Positions 46,849 to 55,646 of a DNA stretch of 64,000 nt are shown one piece after another (the stretch's first letter is position 1; each line of letters opens with the position of its first letter). Both the position numbers and the translations under genes were made by a program. A model generated the notes under the pieces. The model saw only the letters and a list, made by a program, of their open reading frames with translations. It searched no databases and was not told the DNA's origin. This stretch comes from Candidatus Hecatella orcuttiae (GTDB taxonomy: Archaea; Thermoproteota; Bathyarchaeia; Hecatellales; Hecatellaceae). The stretch lies in assembly GCA_002011035.2 (NCBI GenBank), contig MTLY02000003.1, forward strand, positions 128,001-192,000, written 5' to 3'.

Positions 46849-48231
46849 TTACCCTCGCTTTTTTCTTTCCTTGATCATCCGGGTGAAGTAGTCCCGTTTA
46901 TCCTTCGCCCTCCTGCAAGCTTCAGCCACCTGGGTTTTGAGCTTTTCCTTGTCTGTCTGAGCCTCTTCCCCCACAACTCTTTTGACTTCGGTGTAAGGTG
47001 ATTCCCTGAATTTGGGCTTCAACTCCTTCAACTCCCCTCCGTAAGAAATCTGAGCCTCCAACGGCCCGTCGACCACCCTTCCCACTTCACCGATTTTTAT
47101 GCCTAACCCTGTCACCGCGGCCTTCAAGTGTTCCGCATGGTCTTTGGGGGCGAAGATAAGAAGGGAATCTAGGGAGACCCCTAGAGGGTCGATGGAGAGA
47201 CTTCTCATCATCCGGAGAACCGCGGGGTTTACCAATTCTTCAAAAGCCTGTCCATCCACCACCATTCCGACCCCAGCCTCCCTGCAGATAGTGTTGGCGT
47301 CCCCCCGTATGCCCCCGTTGGTCACATCGGTCATGGCGTGAATCTGGGAGACGAGGCCTGAATCAAGGAGGAAACGGCATACCTCCAAAAAGTTGATGTT
47401 AAGGGTCTCGAGGAGGACGGGGAAGTTGCCCGAGTAGATGGCCGCTGTAGCCACTGTTCCCCCTCCCGCGCCCTCTGTCATGAGGACGATGTCCCCCGGC
47501 CTGATGTTCCGCTTAGCCGTCAGAGCTTTGGGGCTCTCCGCCAAGCCCACGGCTCCAACACAGCTTACCATACGGTCTCCCAGGACCATGTCTCCTCCAA
47601 CCCTCAAGGTGCTACCGGAAACAAGGGGAACCCCCGTCAACCCCGACACCGTGCTTACACCGGCCACGAAGTCGAAAAGCTTCCCCACATCTCCATCGTC
47701 GGCTAGATGCAGGTCGTCGAAGAGTGCCACAGGTCTGGCTCCTTTAACGTAGACGTCGCGGAGGCAGGCGCGAGTGACATGGAAGCCGGCGATGAAGGGG
47801 AAGCTGCTGAGCCTGGAGTGGGTTCCGTCCACGGCCACCGTGACCACGACCTTCTCTTGCTCCCTATAGACGGCTCCCGCATCATCCAAGGAAAGAGGCC
47901 CTAGAAGAGGAGTCAGACCCTCCACTGTGGCCAGCTGGGCGATGAGGGAGTGAACGTAGAGGTCACCCTCTCCCCGGGAGCCGACGCCCATCTCCCCCAT
48001 TTTCACCCCAGCCTGCGGGTATTCTAGCAGCCGTCGGAGGGCCTTGTGCTTGGGCTTCCGGCGGCTTCTCTCAACCTCTGCCAGAACTGCCTCCGCCAGT
48101 CTTCCTGCCTCCTCCAAGGAAGTCTCTTTGTAGGTTTTAATTTCCTCCACCAGTCTTGCTTTTATGAGGCTGGGAGTTGTTTTTCTGTCCAGTAAAAGGT
48201 TGACCAAACCTTCCAAGTCTGTCAAATTCAT
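46849..48231 (-). CDS. AIR-synthase-related (PurM/HypE-like) protein of unknown function
   Basis: GEMGVGSRGEGD, DDAG, VDGTHSRLS, LADDGD, EGAGGGT, MTDVTNGG, FRESPYT. Confidence 0.8.
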   Translation of the reverse strand: MNLTDLEGLVNLLLDRKTTPSLIKARLVEEIKTYKETSLEEAGRLAEAVLAEVERSRRKPKHKALRRLLEYPQAGVKMGEMGVGSRGEGDLYVHSLIAQLATVEGLTPLLGPLSLDDAGAVYREQEKVVVTVAVDGTHSRLSSFPFIAGFHVTRACLRDVYVKGARPVALFDDLHLADDGDVGKLFDFVAGVSTVSGLTGVPLVSGSTLRVGGDMVLGDRMVSCVGAVGLAESPKALTAKRNIRPGDIVLMTEGAGGGTVATAAIYSGNFPVLLETLNINFLEVCRFLLDSGLVSQIHAMTDVTNGGIRGDANTICREAGVGMVVDGQAFEELVNPAVLRMMRSLSIDPLGVSLDSLLIFAPKDHAEHLKAAVTGLGIKIGEVGRVVDGPLEAQISYGGELKELKPKFRESPYTEVKRVVGEEAQTDKEKLKTQVAEACRRAKDKRDYFTRMIKERKKRG

Positions 48232-48374
48232 CCTCTCTAGACCGGGGCCGTTTTTCCGGCTTTCTTAACCAAGATCGTAGGCTTCCCAAATATGCTTAGC
48301 CCCAGGGCCGGAGGAGGCAGACACAGTTATATAATTCGGGGAGACCCCGCTTTTCAAGCGGAGAAGTCCCTGCT

Positions 48375-49052
48375 TTGTCCATCCTCAGCCTTGAAAACCG
48401 CCAGCTGGACGGAGAATACCGGCTTCATGTAAAAGCTAAGCAGCGAAGCTACGTCGAACAGAAGTATTTTGAACTCTACATCCTCAACGGAGAAAACCAG
48501 CAAGCGGAGCCCCCGCTTTTCAGAGGCATACACAGCTCAGGCCGGGCTTCCCTCTGGGTCAAAGGCTGGGTGGACGGGGAGTACTTTGAACAGGTAGCGT
48601 TCCCCCACGGGGCTAAACTCCACTTGACCGAATCAGGCTTGGACGTGAGGCTTTTCAAGCTCTTAGGCAGCTTGATTCCTCTTGGAGGAAGCCTGATGGT
48701 GGCCTACGAAATGTTCTGGGGAAAAAGCCAAGTCCACCGGGAGACAAGCCTGGCTTTAAAGCAGGGAATACCACCCCTTCTAACTCCTCTGGGATACCTC
48801 CTCTTCCAAGCTGACTGCTGGATAGGTATCAAGGACTGGTACTGGCCTGAAGGAGGCATGGAAGGACCCCCAAAGCTTCAAGGCTTCAAAGCGCCCGACG
48901 AAAAAACCGAGCGGAAGAAAACTTTGGACACGATCAAGATGTTGGAGAATTTCCTTCGCAGGCAGCCTGAGAGTATCTCTGAAACAGAATCGGCCGCTCG
49001 CAGATTGGCTGAAAAAATCCTCAGCCGGCTTTTAAAGAGGCAAAAGAAATAA
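48375..49052 (+). CDS. DUF1122 family protein
   Basis: GGSLMVAYE, T..AL..GIPP..TPLGYLLF, KDWYWPEGGMEGPPKLQ. Confidence 0.75.
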   Translation: MSILSLENRQLDGEYRLHVKAKQRSYVEQKYFELYILNGENQQAEPPLFRGIHSSGRASLWVKGWVDGEYFEQVAFPHGAKLHLTESGLDVRLFKLLGSLIPLGGSLMVAYEMFWGKSQVHRETSLALKQGIPPLLTPLGYLLFQADCWIGIKDWYWPEGGMEGPPKLQGFKAPDEKTERKKTLDTIKMLENFLRRQPESISETESAARRLAEKILSRLLKRQKK

Positions 49053-49184
49053 CAGCGATCCTCCGCTCTGCGGGGACACGTAGGCTTACCAGTCTTGTCT
49101 TCTAAAGACTAAATAACCGGTTAGCCAATGCCGCGTTTTTCCTACCTATCAAATAAAGCTACTGTAGAAAATCGATGAAAGATT

Positions 49185-49274
49185 TGGAGCCCCGGGAGGG
49201 ATTCGAACCCTCGACCTTCCGCTGTCCCTCCTCCGCTACGAGGCGGACGCTCTGACCGGCTGAGCTATCGGGGC
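49185..49274 (-). tRNA. tRNA-Thr(CGT) with a 13-nt intron at 37/38 (49224-49236) and encoded CCA
   Basis: GCCCCGA-TA-GCTC..GAGC-G-TCCGC-CTCGTA[intron]A-GCGGA-AGGTC-GAGGG-TTCGAAT-CCCTC-CCGGGGC-T-CCA; U73 as in archaeal tRNA-Thr. Confidence 0.9.
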
Positions 49275-49424
49275 GCAGAATTTTCATTCACAGTTACATT
49301 TTTTAACTTTGCTGAATATAGCAAATTCGCTTGAAAGAAGGAATCCTCTTCTTTTCTCAAGACTGTTACAGGAAGCAGTTTAGAAAGTCCTTTAGCCTAA
49401 GGCCGTCGAGTTCAAATTTCCTAC

Positions 49425-50138
49425 ATGAAGAGAAACAAGGTGAGGGGAGAAACTTTGAGCTGCAGCGGAGAGGCCTTAAAAAACCTAATCCGAAATTACG
49501 GGAAAACCTACGCGGAAGAACTAGGCATCAACCTCAAGGCAGCTGAGGAATCCGAGGTTTTCAAGTGGTTTCTGGCGTCCGTTCTCTTCGGAGCGCCTAT
49601 AGCTGAAACCTCCGCCAAGAAGACTTTTCGACAATTTGAGCGAAGCCATCTGACTGCTCCGGAAAAGATCCTGAAAGCAGGATGGAACAGGCTTGTCGCC
49701 CTCCTAGATGAGGGAGGCTACACCCGGTATGATTTCAAAACTGCTACCAAACTGCTGGAAGCAGCGGAAAACTTGAAGAAGAATTATGGAGGAAGCCTCA
49801 ACCGCCTCCATGATAAGGCGGCTGACTCACGGGACTTGGCCGTTAAACTGCAAGGGCTGGCCAAAGGCATAGGCCCCACCACCGTCAACATCTTCCTCAG
49901 AGAGATGATGTCCTTATGGAAGAAAGCCTATGCCCCCCTCCAACCCGCCGAGATTGCGGCTGCGCAGGCGTTGGGCTTAACTCGCTTGGAGGGCAAGGGC
50001 GAAGAGGAAAAAAGGGCTATTCTCGAAGATTTGGTGAAGGCTTGGAGGCAGCTAGGGGGGAAGATGGAGGACATACCATCCTTGAGGGCGGCCTTGTTCA
50101 GGTTCGGTAAGGCTGTCCTTAAAGGGAAAGGGAAGTAA
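49425..50138 (+). CDS. HhH-GPD / endonuclease III-like helical protein
   Basis: FKWFLASVLFGAPI, LDEGGYTRYDFKTA, KGIGPTTVNIFLRE (HhH). Confidence 0.65.
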   Translation: MKRNKVRGETLSCSGEALKNLIRNYGKTYAEELGINLKAAEESEVFKWFLASVLFGAPIAETSAKKTFRQFERSHLTAPEKILKAGWNRLVALLDEGGYTRYDFKTATKLLEAAENLKKNYGGSLNRLHDKAADSRDLAVKLQGLAKGIGPTTVNIFLREMMSLWKKAYAPLQPAEIAAAQALGLTRLEGKGEEEKRAILEDLVKAWRQLGGKMEDIPSLRAALFRFGKAVLKGKGK

Positions 50139-50252
50139 CCGCCAAGACTACGCCTGTGTCTTCTGGAGAAGTCTTATAAGGAAGTTAGGTTTTCTAGGGG
50201 TATCCTCCTGAATGTTAAGCTTTGGAAAGCAAGCAACTTCGGGGAAGAGCTT

Positions 50253-50492
50253 TTGAGCGAGGTTAAAACCTTAAGGATCAAAGGCGAAGTTAAACTGGGC
50301 TTCAGGCTTGTTCCCTTCGTAAAGGAGGTCAGGGCTCTAAGCCGGGAGGAGGCCTTGGAAAAGGTTTACAACGAAATTGGGGGTAGAAACAAGTTGAAGA
50401 GAAAACAGCTTAAGATCCTAGCCGTAGAAGAGATCAAGCCGGAGGAGATTAAAGACCCTCAACTTCGAGCCCTCGCAGGAATGGGAGAATAA
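50253..50492 (+). CDS. rpl18a: 50S ribosomal protein eL20 (L18a/LX)
   Basis: FVKEVRAL..EEALEKVY..IGGRNKLKRKQLKI; precedes pfdA-ftsY. Confidence 0.9.
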   Translation: MSEVKTLRIKGEVKLGFRLVPFVKEVRALSREEALEKVYNEIGGRNKLKRKQLKILAVEEIKPEEIKDPQLRALAGMGE

Positions 50493-50933
50493 ATGGCAGC
50501 CGAGGAAAAACCTGAAGAAATAGAGAGAAAACTCCGGGACATGGTAGTGGAACTTCGGATACTGGAAGGAAACGCCCAAGAACTGCAGTCAAGGCTGGGA
50601 ACGGTGGAGATGGCTCTCCGCGAGTACAACATGGCGGAGACAACGGTTAAAGGACTGGAACAAATGGAGGCTGACAACGAAATCTTGGTTCCCGTGGGCG
50701 GAGGCACTTTCATCAAGGCTAAGATTGCCGACACCGATAAGCTCATGGTAAGCATCGGAGCCGAAGTTACCACCGAAAAGACCGCTAAGGAAGCGGTAGC
50801 TCTCTTGGAAACCAGACAGGCAGAATTGAACAGCATTAGGAACTCGCTTCAAAAACAGTTCACTCAGCTTCTGAACAGGATGCAGGTGCTGCGGGGTGAA
50901 ATCCAGAGGATAACAGGCTCCCTCAGAACGTGA
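50493..50933 (+). CDS. pfdA: Prefoldin alpha subunit
   Basis: EILVPVGGGTFIKAKI, VSIGA..EK double hairpin between coiled coils. Confidence 0.93.
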   Translation: MAAEEKPEEIERKLRDMVVELRILEGNAQELQSRLGTVEMALREYNMAETTVKGLEQMEADNEILVPVGGGTFIKAKIADTDKLMVSIGAEVTTEKTAKEAVALLETRQAELNSIRNSLQKQFTQLLNRMQVLRGEIQRITGSLRT

Positions 50934-50940
50934 AAACGTG

Positions 50941-51852
50941 ATGTTTGAAAAGCTGAGGAAAGCCTTCCACACCTTTGCCGATAGAATCTCCACCCAAGAG
51001 CTGACAGGCGGAAAGCTTCAAAGTCTACTGGAAGAATTCAAAATCATGCTCCTCGAAAATGATGTGGCCCTGAGCGTGGCGGAAAAAGTGGTGGAAGACC
51101 TCCGGGCGAAAGTGGAAGGTCTTAGAGTTGGGCGGCTTGGAGACAAACGCGGGCCGGTTCTGGAAGCCTTGAGAGGCGTTCTCTGTGAAGTCCTTACCGG
51201 CTGCGGAAGCCTAGACCTCCTAAAGCTGGCTGAGGAAAGGAGAAAGGAGAGCAGACCCCTCACCCTCGTCTTCGTGGGTATCAACGGAACAGGGAAGACG
51301 ACAACCATAGCCAAGATGGCGAAGTTTTTCTTGGACCGAGGCTTCTCCACGGTTCTAGCCTGCAGCGACACTTTCAGAGCCGGCGCCATCGAGCAACTGG
51401 AAGAGCATGCCAGACGTTTGGGAATCAAGATGGTTAAGCATGCTTACGGCTCAGACCCTGCCTCCGTAGCCTTTGACGCTGTAGCGCACGCCCAAGCTCG
51501 GGGCATCAACGTGGTCCTTGTGGATACAGCGGGCAGGATGGAGACTGACCGGAACCTGATGGAGGAAATGCGGAAGATCGTCAGGGCAGCGGAGGCGGAC
51601 GCTGTTCTCTTCGTAGGCGACGCTTTAACCGGGAACGACGCGGTGGCGCAAGCTCAAGAGTTTAACAGGTACGTTCAAGTCGACGGCTCCATTTTGACGA
51701 AGATGGACGCTGACGCCAAAGGGGGAGCCGTGGTTTCCATAGCCTATGTGACAGGGAAGCCCATCGTCTTCATGGGCGTTGGGCAAGCCTACGGTGACCT
51801 TAAGCCCTTCCACGTCGAAGAGTTCATAAGCCAGCTGCTGGGGGACCATTAG
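50941..51852 (+). CDS. ftsY: SRP receptor FtsY
   Basis: GINGTGKTTT, DTFRAGAIEQL, DTAGR, TKMDADAKGG, GVGQ. Confidence 0.95.
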   Translation: MFEKLRKAFHTFADRISTQELTGGKLQSLLEEFKIMLLENDVALSVAEKVVEDLRAKVEGLRVGRLGDKRGPVLEALRGVLCEVLTGCGSLDLLKLAEERRKESRPLTLVFVGINGTGKTTTIAKMAKFFLDRGFSTVLACSDTFRAGAIEQLEEHARRLGIKMVKHAYGSDPASVAFDAVAHAQARGINVVLVDTAGRMETDRNLMEEMRKIVRAAEADAVLFVGDALTGNDAVAQAQEFNRYVQVDGSILTKMDADAKGGAVVSIAYVTGKPIVFMGVGQAYGDLKPFHVEEFISQLLGDH

Positions 51853-51867
51853 GTTGAGGTTTGGGGG

Positions 51868-52785
51868 ATGAAAGGCCGAGACTTCCTGACTTTAGGAGAT
51901 TTCTCCGCAGAGGAGCTTTGGGCGATCATGAAAGAAGCCCTGAGGCTGGAGCAACTGGGCGGCTCCGTCTCGGAAATTCTCAAGGGAAAGTTCCTAGTTC
52001 TCATCTTCCAAAAGCCTTCCACGCGAACGAGGATTTCCTTCGAAGCGGCTATCAAACAGCTTGGGGGCGAATGCGTAAGCCTAGGCTGGAGCGAGATGCA
52101 GCTTGGCCGTGGGGAGACCATAGCAGACACAGCTCGAACCCTAGACCGGTATGCCGACGGCATCGTGGCAAGGGTGTTTTCCCACGGCCACTTGGTGGAG
52201 ATGGCTGAATATGCGGCTATTCCGGTGGTCAATGCTCTCTCCGACCTCTACCATCCATGTCAAGCTCTCTCCGATTTTCTGACCATCTACAAGAAGCTGG
52301 GCAAGCTGGAGGGTGTCAAACTCGCGTGGATCGGCGATGGGGACAACGTCTGCCATTCGCTTCTTCTCGGCTGTTCCAAGCTGGGTGTCGACATGAGCGT
52401 AGCTTCCCCTCCCGGCTTCGAGCCTAAAGGTGAAGTCCTCCAAGCTGCTCAGCGGGAAAGCCGAAAATCCGGCTGTAAGATAGAGGTTGTCAGGGAACCG
52501 GAGGCAGCGGTCCGCGGCGCTGACATCATCTACACGGATACGTTTATCTCCATGGGTCTGGACGAGGAGAGACAGAGACGGCTTCAGGCATTCCTCCCAA
52601 AATACCAGGTGACCCTCAAGCTTCTCCAGCTGGCAAACCCCGACTGCCTCTTCATGCACTGCCTACCCGCCCACAGGGGCGAGGAAGTGGTCGACGAAGT
52701 CCTCGATGGTCCCCATTCCATCGTGTGGTTTCAGGCTGAGAACAGAATGCATCTTCAAAGAGGCCTCCTCTCCCTCCTCATCTAG
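51868..52785 (+). CDS. argF: Ornithine carbamoyltransferase
   Basis: PSTRTR, HPCQ, GDGDNV, SMG, HCLPAHRGEE, QAENR. Confidence 0.95.
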   Translation: MKGRDFLTLGDFSAEELWAIMKEALRLEQLGGSVSEILKGKFLVLIFQKPSTRTRISFEAAIKQLGGECVSLGWSEMQLGRGETIADTARTLDRYADGIVARVFSHGHLVEMAEYAAIPVVNALSDLYHPCQALSDFLTIYKKLGKLEGVKLAWIGDGDNVCHSLLLGCSKLGVDMSVASPPGFEPKGEVLQAAQRESRKSGCKIEVVREPEAAVRGADIIYTDTFISMGLDEERQRRLQAFLPKYQVTLKLLQLANPDCLFMHCLPAHRGEEVVDEVLDGPHSIVWFQAENRMHLQRGLLSLLI

Positions 52786-52797
52786 TCTTTCCGGGAG

Positions 52798-53625
52798 ATG
52801 TTCGCAATTTTCCTCATAGCCGCCTCCAAGGAGGACCCCGCGGGCCTCAACATCGCCCAAAAGCTCATAAAAGAATACGGCTTCAAAAGGCTGGAGAAGC
52901 CGGGCTCTCCGAAACTAGACCTCTACAGGAAAGACGACGTGCAGCTCGTCCTTATCGAAGGGCCGTGCACCCACGCCTCCCAGCTCAGCCGGCTTTTTCC
53001 CGTGGAGGCCGTGGTCTTCGCCTCCAAGCACAGGAGCGAAAGCTTAGAGCCCACTCTCACCGTCCACGTTCCCGGGAACCTAACCTCTGAAGCGAAACAA
53101 GGAGGTCGTCCCAGAGAGCTGGCGTGGGCTTGGCCTCAGCGCATGCGCAAAGCACTCCTCGCCCTAATGGAGGGAAAGAATAGGCTGCCTTCCGACTTTC
53201 GGGTCTCCTTGGAGGCAACCCATCACGGCCCCACCGAGTTAGACGTCCCTGTGTGGTTTGTGGAGATAGGAAGCTCAGAGGCTCAGTGGAAGAACGATGA
53301 AGCTGGGAGGGTGGCGGCGGATGCTGTTTGGGCCTCCCTAGGCCCTCTTGCTGGGGGGAGGGCTGCGGTGGGTTTTGGTGGGGGGCATTATTCTCCGAAG
53401 CATACGGAGTTCTGCGCGGAGACGGATTACGCCATAGGCCACATTTTCCCCAAATACGCTTTCGCTTCAGGCATCGACGATGAGGTTTTGGCTCAAGCCT
53501 TTTCCAAGACTTGGGGAGAATGCCATGTGGCCGTCGTAGACTGGAAGGGGCTTCAGGGAGGCTTGCGGAGGGTTCTTTTGGAAAAGCTGGAAGTCATGGG
53601 CGTGGGGGAAATCGTGAAAATCTGA
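52798..53625 (+). CDS. dtdA: D-aminoacyl-tRNA deacylase (DTD2 type)
   Basis: SKHRS, LTVH.PGN, EATHHGPT, FVEIGS, GFGGGHY, GHIFPKY. Confidence 0.92.
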   Translation: MFAIFLIAASKEDPAGLNIAQKLIKEYGFKRLEKPGSPKLDLYRKDDVQLVLIEGPCTHASQLSRLFPVEAVVFASKHRSESLEPTLTVHVPGNLTSEAKQGGRPRELAWAWPQRMRKALLALMEGKNRLPSDFRVSLEATHHGPTELDVPVWFVEIGSSEAQWKNDEAGRVAADAVWASLGPLAGGRAAVGFGGGHYSPKHTEFCAETDYAIGHIFPKYAFASGIDDEVLAQAFSKTWGECHVAVVDWKGLQGGLRRVLLEKLEVMGVGEIVKI

Positions 53626-53696
53626 CCGTAGATCGGCAGTTTTCAGAAGGGAAAGACTTTAAGTTTACCCTTAAATTTAACTAGAAGGAGCGAATC

Positions 53697-53870
53697 ATGG
53701 GCTTGAGGTCATGGCTTACTTCCAGCTACAGGCTGTTGAAGACTGCTTCGAAGCCAAGTAAGACGGAGTTCTGGCTTCTGCTCCGAGTCTGCATTCTAGG
53801 CGTGATCGTGGTAGGAGCCGTGGGCTTCCTCATCAAATTCATCTCCGCCATCATAGGGTTCAAGCCTTGA
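53697..53870 (+). CDS. secE: Protein translocase subunit SecE/Sec61-gamma (57 aa, absent from the ORF track)
   Basis: Translated by hand: MGLRSWLTSSYRLLKTASKPSKTEFWLLLRVCILGVIVVGAVGFLIKFISAIIGFKP; KP...EF motif plus TM helix; directly before spt5. Confidence 0.9.
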   Translation: MGLRSWLTSSYRLLKTASKPSKTEFWLLLRVCILGVIVVGAVGFLIKFISAIIGFKP

Positions 53871-53907
53871 AGAGGGCCTGTTTCCGCATATCTCAGAGGT
53901 ATGAAAG

Positions 53908-54438
53908 TTGAGCGAAGAGGATAAGGCAGAGGCAAAATCCGAGGCTGAGGCTGAAAGCCGAGAGAGTGGAGTTGAGGTTGAAAAAACTCAGATATTTGCC
54001 TTGAAAACAACCTCAGGCCAAGAGGTCAATGTGGCTAACATGATCTCCAACAGGGCTGCAGCCAACAAGGCACCCATCTACGCTGTGCTGGTGTCAGGAA
54101 CCCTGAAAGGCTACATCTTCGTGGAGGCGGCGGGCCCTCACTTCATCGACGATATTGTATCTGGGGCTAAGCATGTGAGACAGAGGCTTCCAGGGCTGAT
54201 CAAAATCTCCGAACTGGAAAGATACTTGATCACCAAGCCTGTGATCGAGGAGCTGGAGGTGGATGACACCGTCGAGGTGGTAGGAGGGCCTTTGAAGGGC
54301 ATGAAAGCCAAGATAACCAAGGTGGACAAAATCAAGAACGAAGTCACCTTAGAGCTTTTAGAAGCCTCCATAACCATGCCCATAACCGTCGGAGGCGACT
54401 ATGTAAGGCGTCTCGAAAAGGGGCGGCGGGGGAAATAG
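53908..54438 (+). CDS. spt5: Transcription elongation factor Spt5/NusG
   Basis: KTTSGQE, LKGYIFVEA, VEVVGGPLKGMKAKI KOW motif. Confidence 0.95.
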   Translation: MSEEDKAEAKSEAEAESRESGVEVEKTQIFALKTTSGQEVNVANMISNRAAANKAPIYAVLVSGTLKGYIFVEAAGPHFIDDIVSGAKHVRQRLPGLIKISELERYLITKPVIEELEVDDTVEVVGGPLKGMKAKITKVDKIKNEVTLELLEASITMPITVGGDYVRRLEKGRRGK

Positions 54439-54440
54439 CC

Positions 54441-54926
54441 TTGGGCGAGAAAAAAATAGTGGAAGCCTTGATCAGCGGAGGAAAAGCCACGGCAGGCCCT
54501 CCATTGGGCCCAGCCTTAGGCCCGTTGGGGGTTAACGTCCCTGCCATTGTGGGAAAGATCAACGAGCTCACCTCCCAGTTCGGGGGGATAAAGGTTCCGG
54601 TTAAGGTTATCGTAGACTTAGAGACCAAAAGGTTTGAGGTAGAGGTAGGTACGCCTCCCACCGTAGCCCTCATCGTCAAGGAGCTAGGCATTGAGAAAGG
54701 TTCAGGGACGCCTAACACGCAGAAGGTTGGAGACCTCACCATGGAGCAGGTGAAGAAGATAGCCGCCATAAAGATGGCTCAGTCCTATTCCAAAAGCTTG
54801 GAGGCAGCGGTTAAAGAAGTCCTAGGAGTCTGTGTGAGCATGGGAGTGACTGTGGAGGGAAAAGAGCCTAAAACCGTCCAGAAGGAGATTGCTGAAGGCC
54901 GCTACCGGGAGCTTTTAGAAGCCTAA
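54441..54926 (+). CDS. rpl11: 50S ribosomal protein uL11
   Basis: GGKATAGPPLGPALGPLG, GIEKGS, CVSMGV. Confidence 0.97.
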   Translation: MGEKKIVEALISGGKATAGPPLGPALGPLGVNVPAIVGKINELTSQFGGIKVPVKVIVDLETKRFEVEVGTPPTVALIVKELGIEKGSGTPNTQKVGDLTMEQVKKIAAIKMAQSYSKSLEAAVKEVLGVCVSMGVTVEGKEPKTVQKEIAEGRYRELLEA

Positions 54927-54991
54927 GCCTGAAAACCTTATTGGCTACTTCCCTCCTACTATTGAGGCTTAAGCTGAATCGGTGTGAAGGA

Positions 54992-55645
54992 TTGCAGGTA
55001 AAGATTGAAGCCTTAACCGAAGCCGTTAAGGAGGCTTTGGAAGCAGGGAAAAGAAATTTCACTCAAAGCATAGACCTCACGGTGAACTTGAGGGACATAG
55101 ACCCGAAAAAGCCTGAAGCCCGTTTGAACGAGCTGGTGGAAGTCCCTCACGCCGTTCAGAAGGAGGTCAAAGTCTGCACCATAGCCTCCGGCCAGCTGGC
55201 TTTAGAGGCCAAGAAAGCGGGAGCAGAGCGGGTGCTTCAAAGGGAAGACCTTGAAAACTTGGCCAAAGACCGGAAAGCCGCTCGGAGAGTAGCTCAGGAA
55301 TATGACTTTTTCCTGTCTGAAGCCTCCATGATGCCCTTGGTGGGAAAGATTTTCGGGCCTTTCCTAGGGCCTAAAGGTAAGATGCCTACCCCCATTCCTC
55401 CCAACGCCCCTGTTCACTCCTACATTGAAAGACTCCGTCGCACGGTGAGACTGAGGCTGAAGGACCAGCCTATCGTGCACTGCCGGGTGGGTGTGGAAGG
55501 CATGGACCCTTTTCATATTGCAGAGAACGCCATGGCGGTGTTGAGGAGGCTGGAAGAGAAGCTGGAAAAAGGAGCTAAAAGCATTGCGAAGGTTTACGTG
55601 AAGACTACCATGGGCAAGCCTGTGGTTGTGAAAGGGGGAAGCTAG
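54992..55645 (+). CDS. rpl1: 50S ribosomal protein uL1 (TTG at 54992 preferred; ORF extends to 54941)
   Basis: KRNFTQSIDL, LGPKGKMPTP, VKTTMGKP. Confidence 0.96.
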   Translation: MQVKIEALTEAVKEALEAGKRNFTQSIDLTVNLRDIDPKKPEARLNELVEVPHAVQKEVKVCTIASGQLALEAKKAGAERVLQREDLENLAKDRKAARRVAQEYDFFLSEASMMPLVGKIFGPFLGPKGKMPTPIPPNAPVHSYIERLRRTVRLRLKDQPIVHCRVGVEGMDPFHIAENAMAVLRRLEEKLEKGAKSIAKVYVKTTMGKPVVVKGGS

Positions 55646-55646
55646 G

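Noticed and set aside
48375-50138. Integrated element at tRNA-Thr
   Set aside because: No duplicated tRNA 3' end (att site) and no integrase seen in the flanks
53726-54010. 94-aa minus-strand ORF
   Set aside because: Antisense to the real secE and the start of spt5
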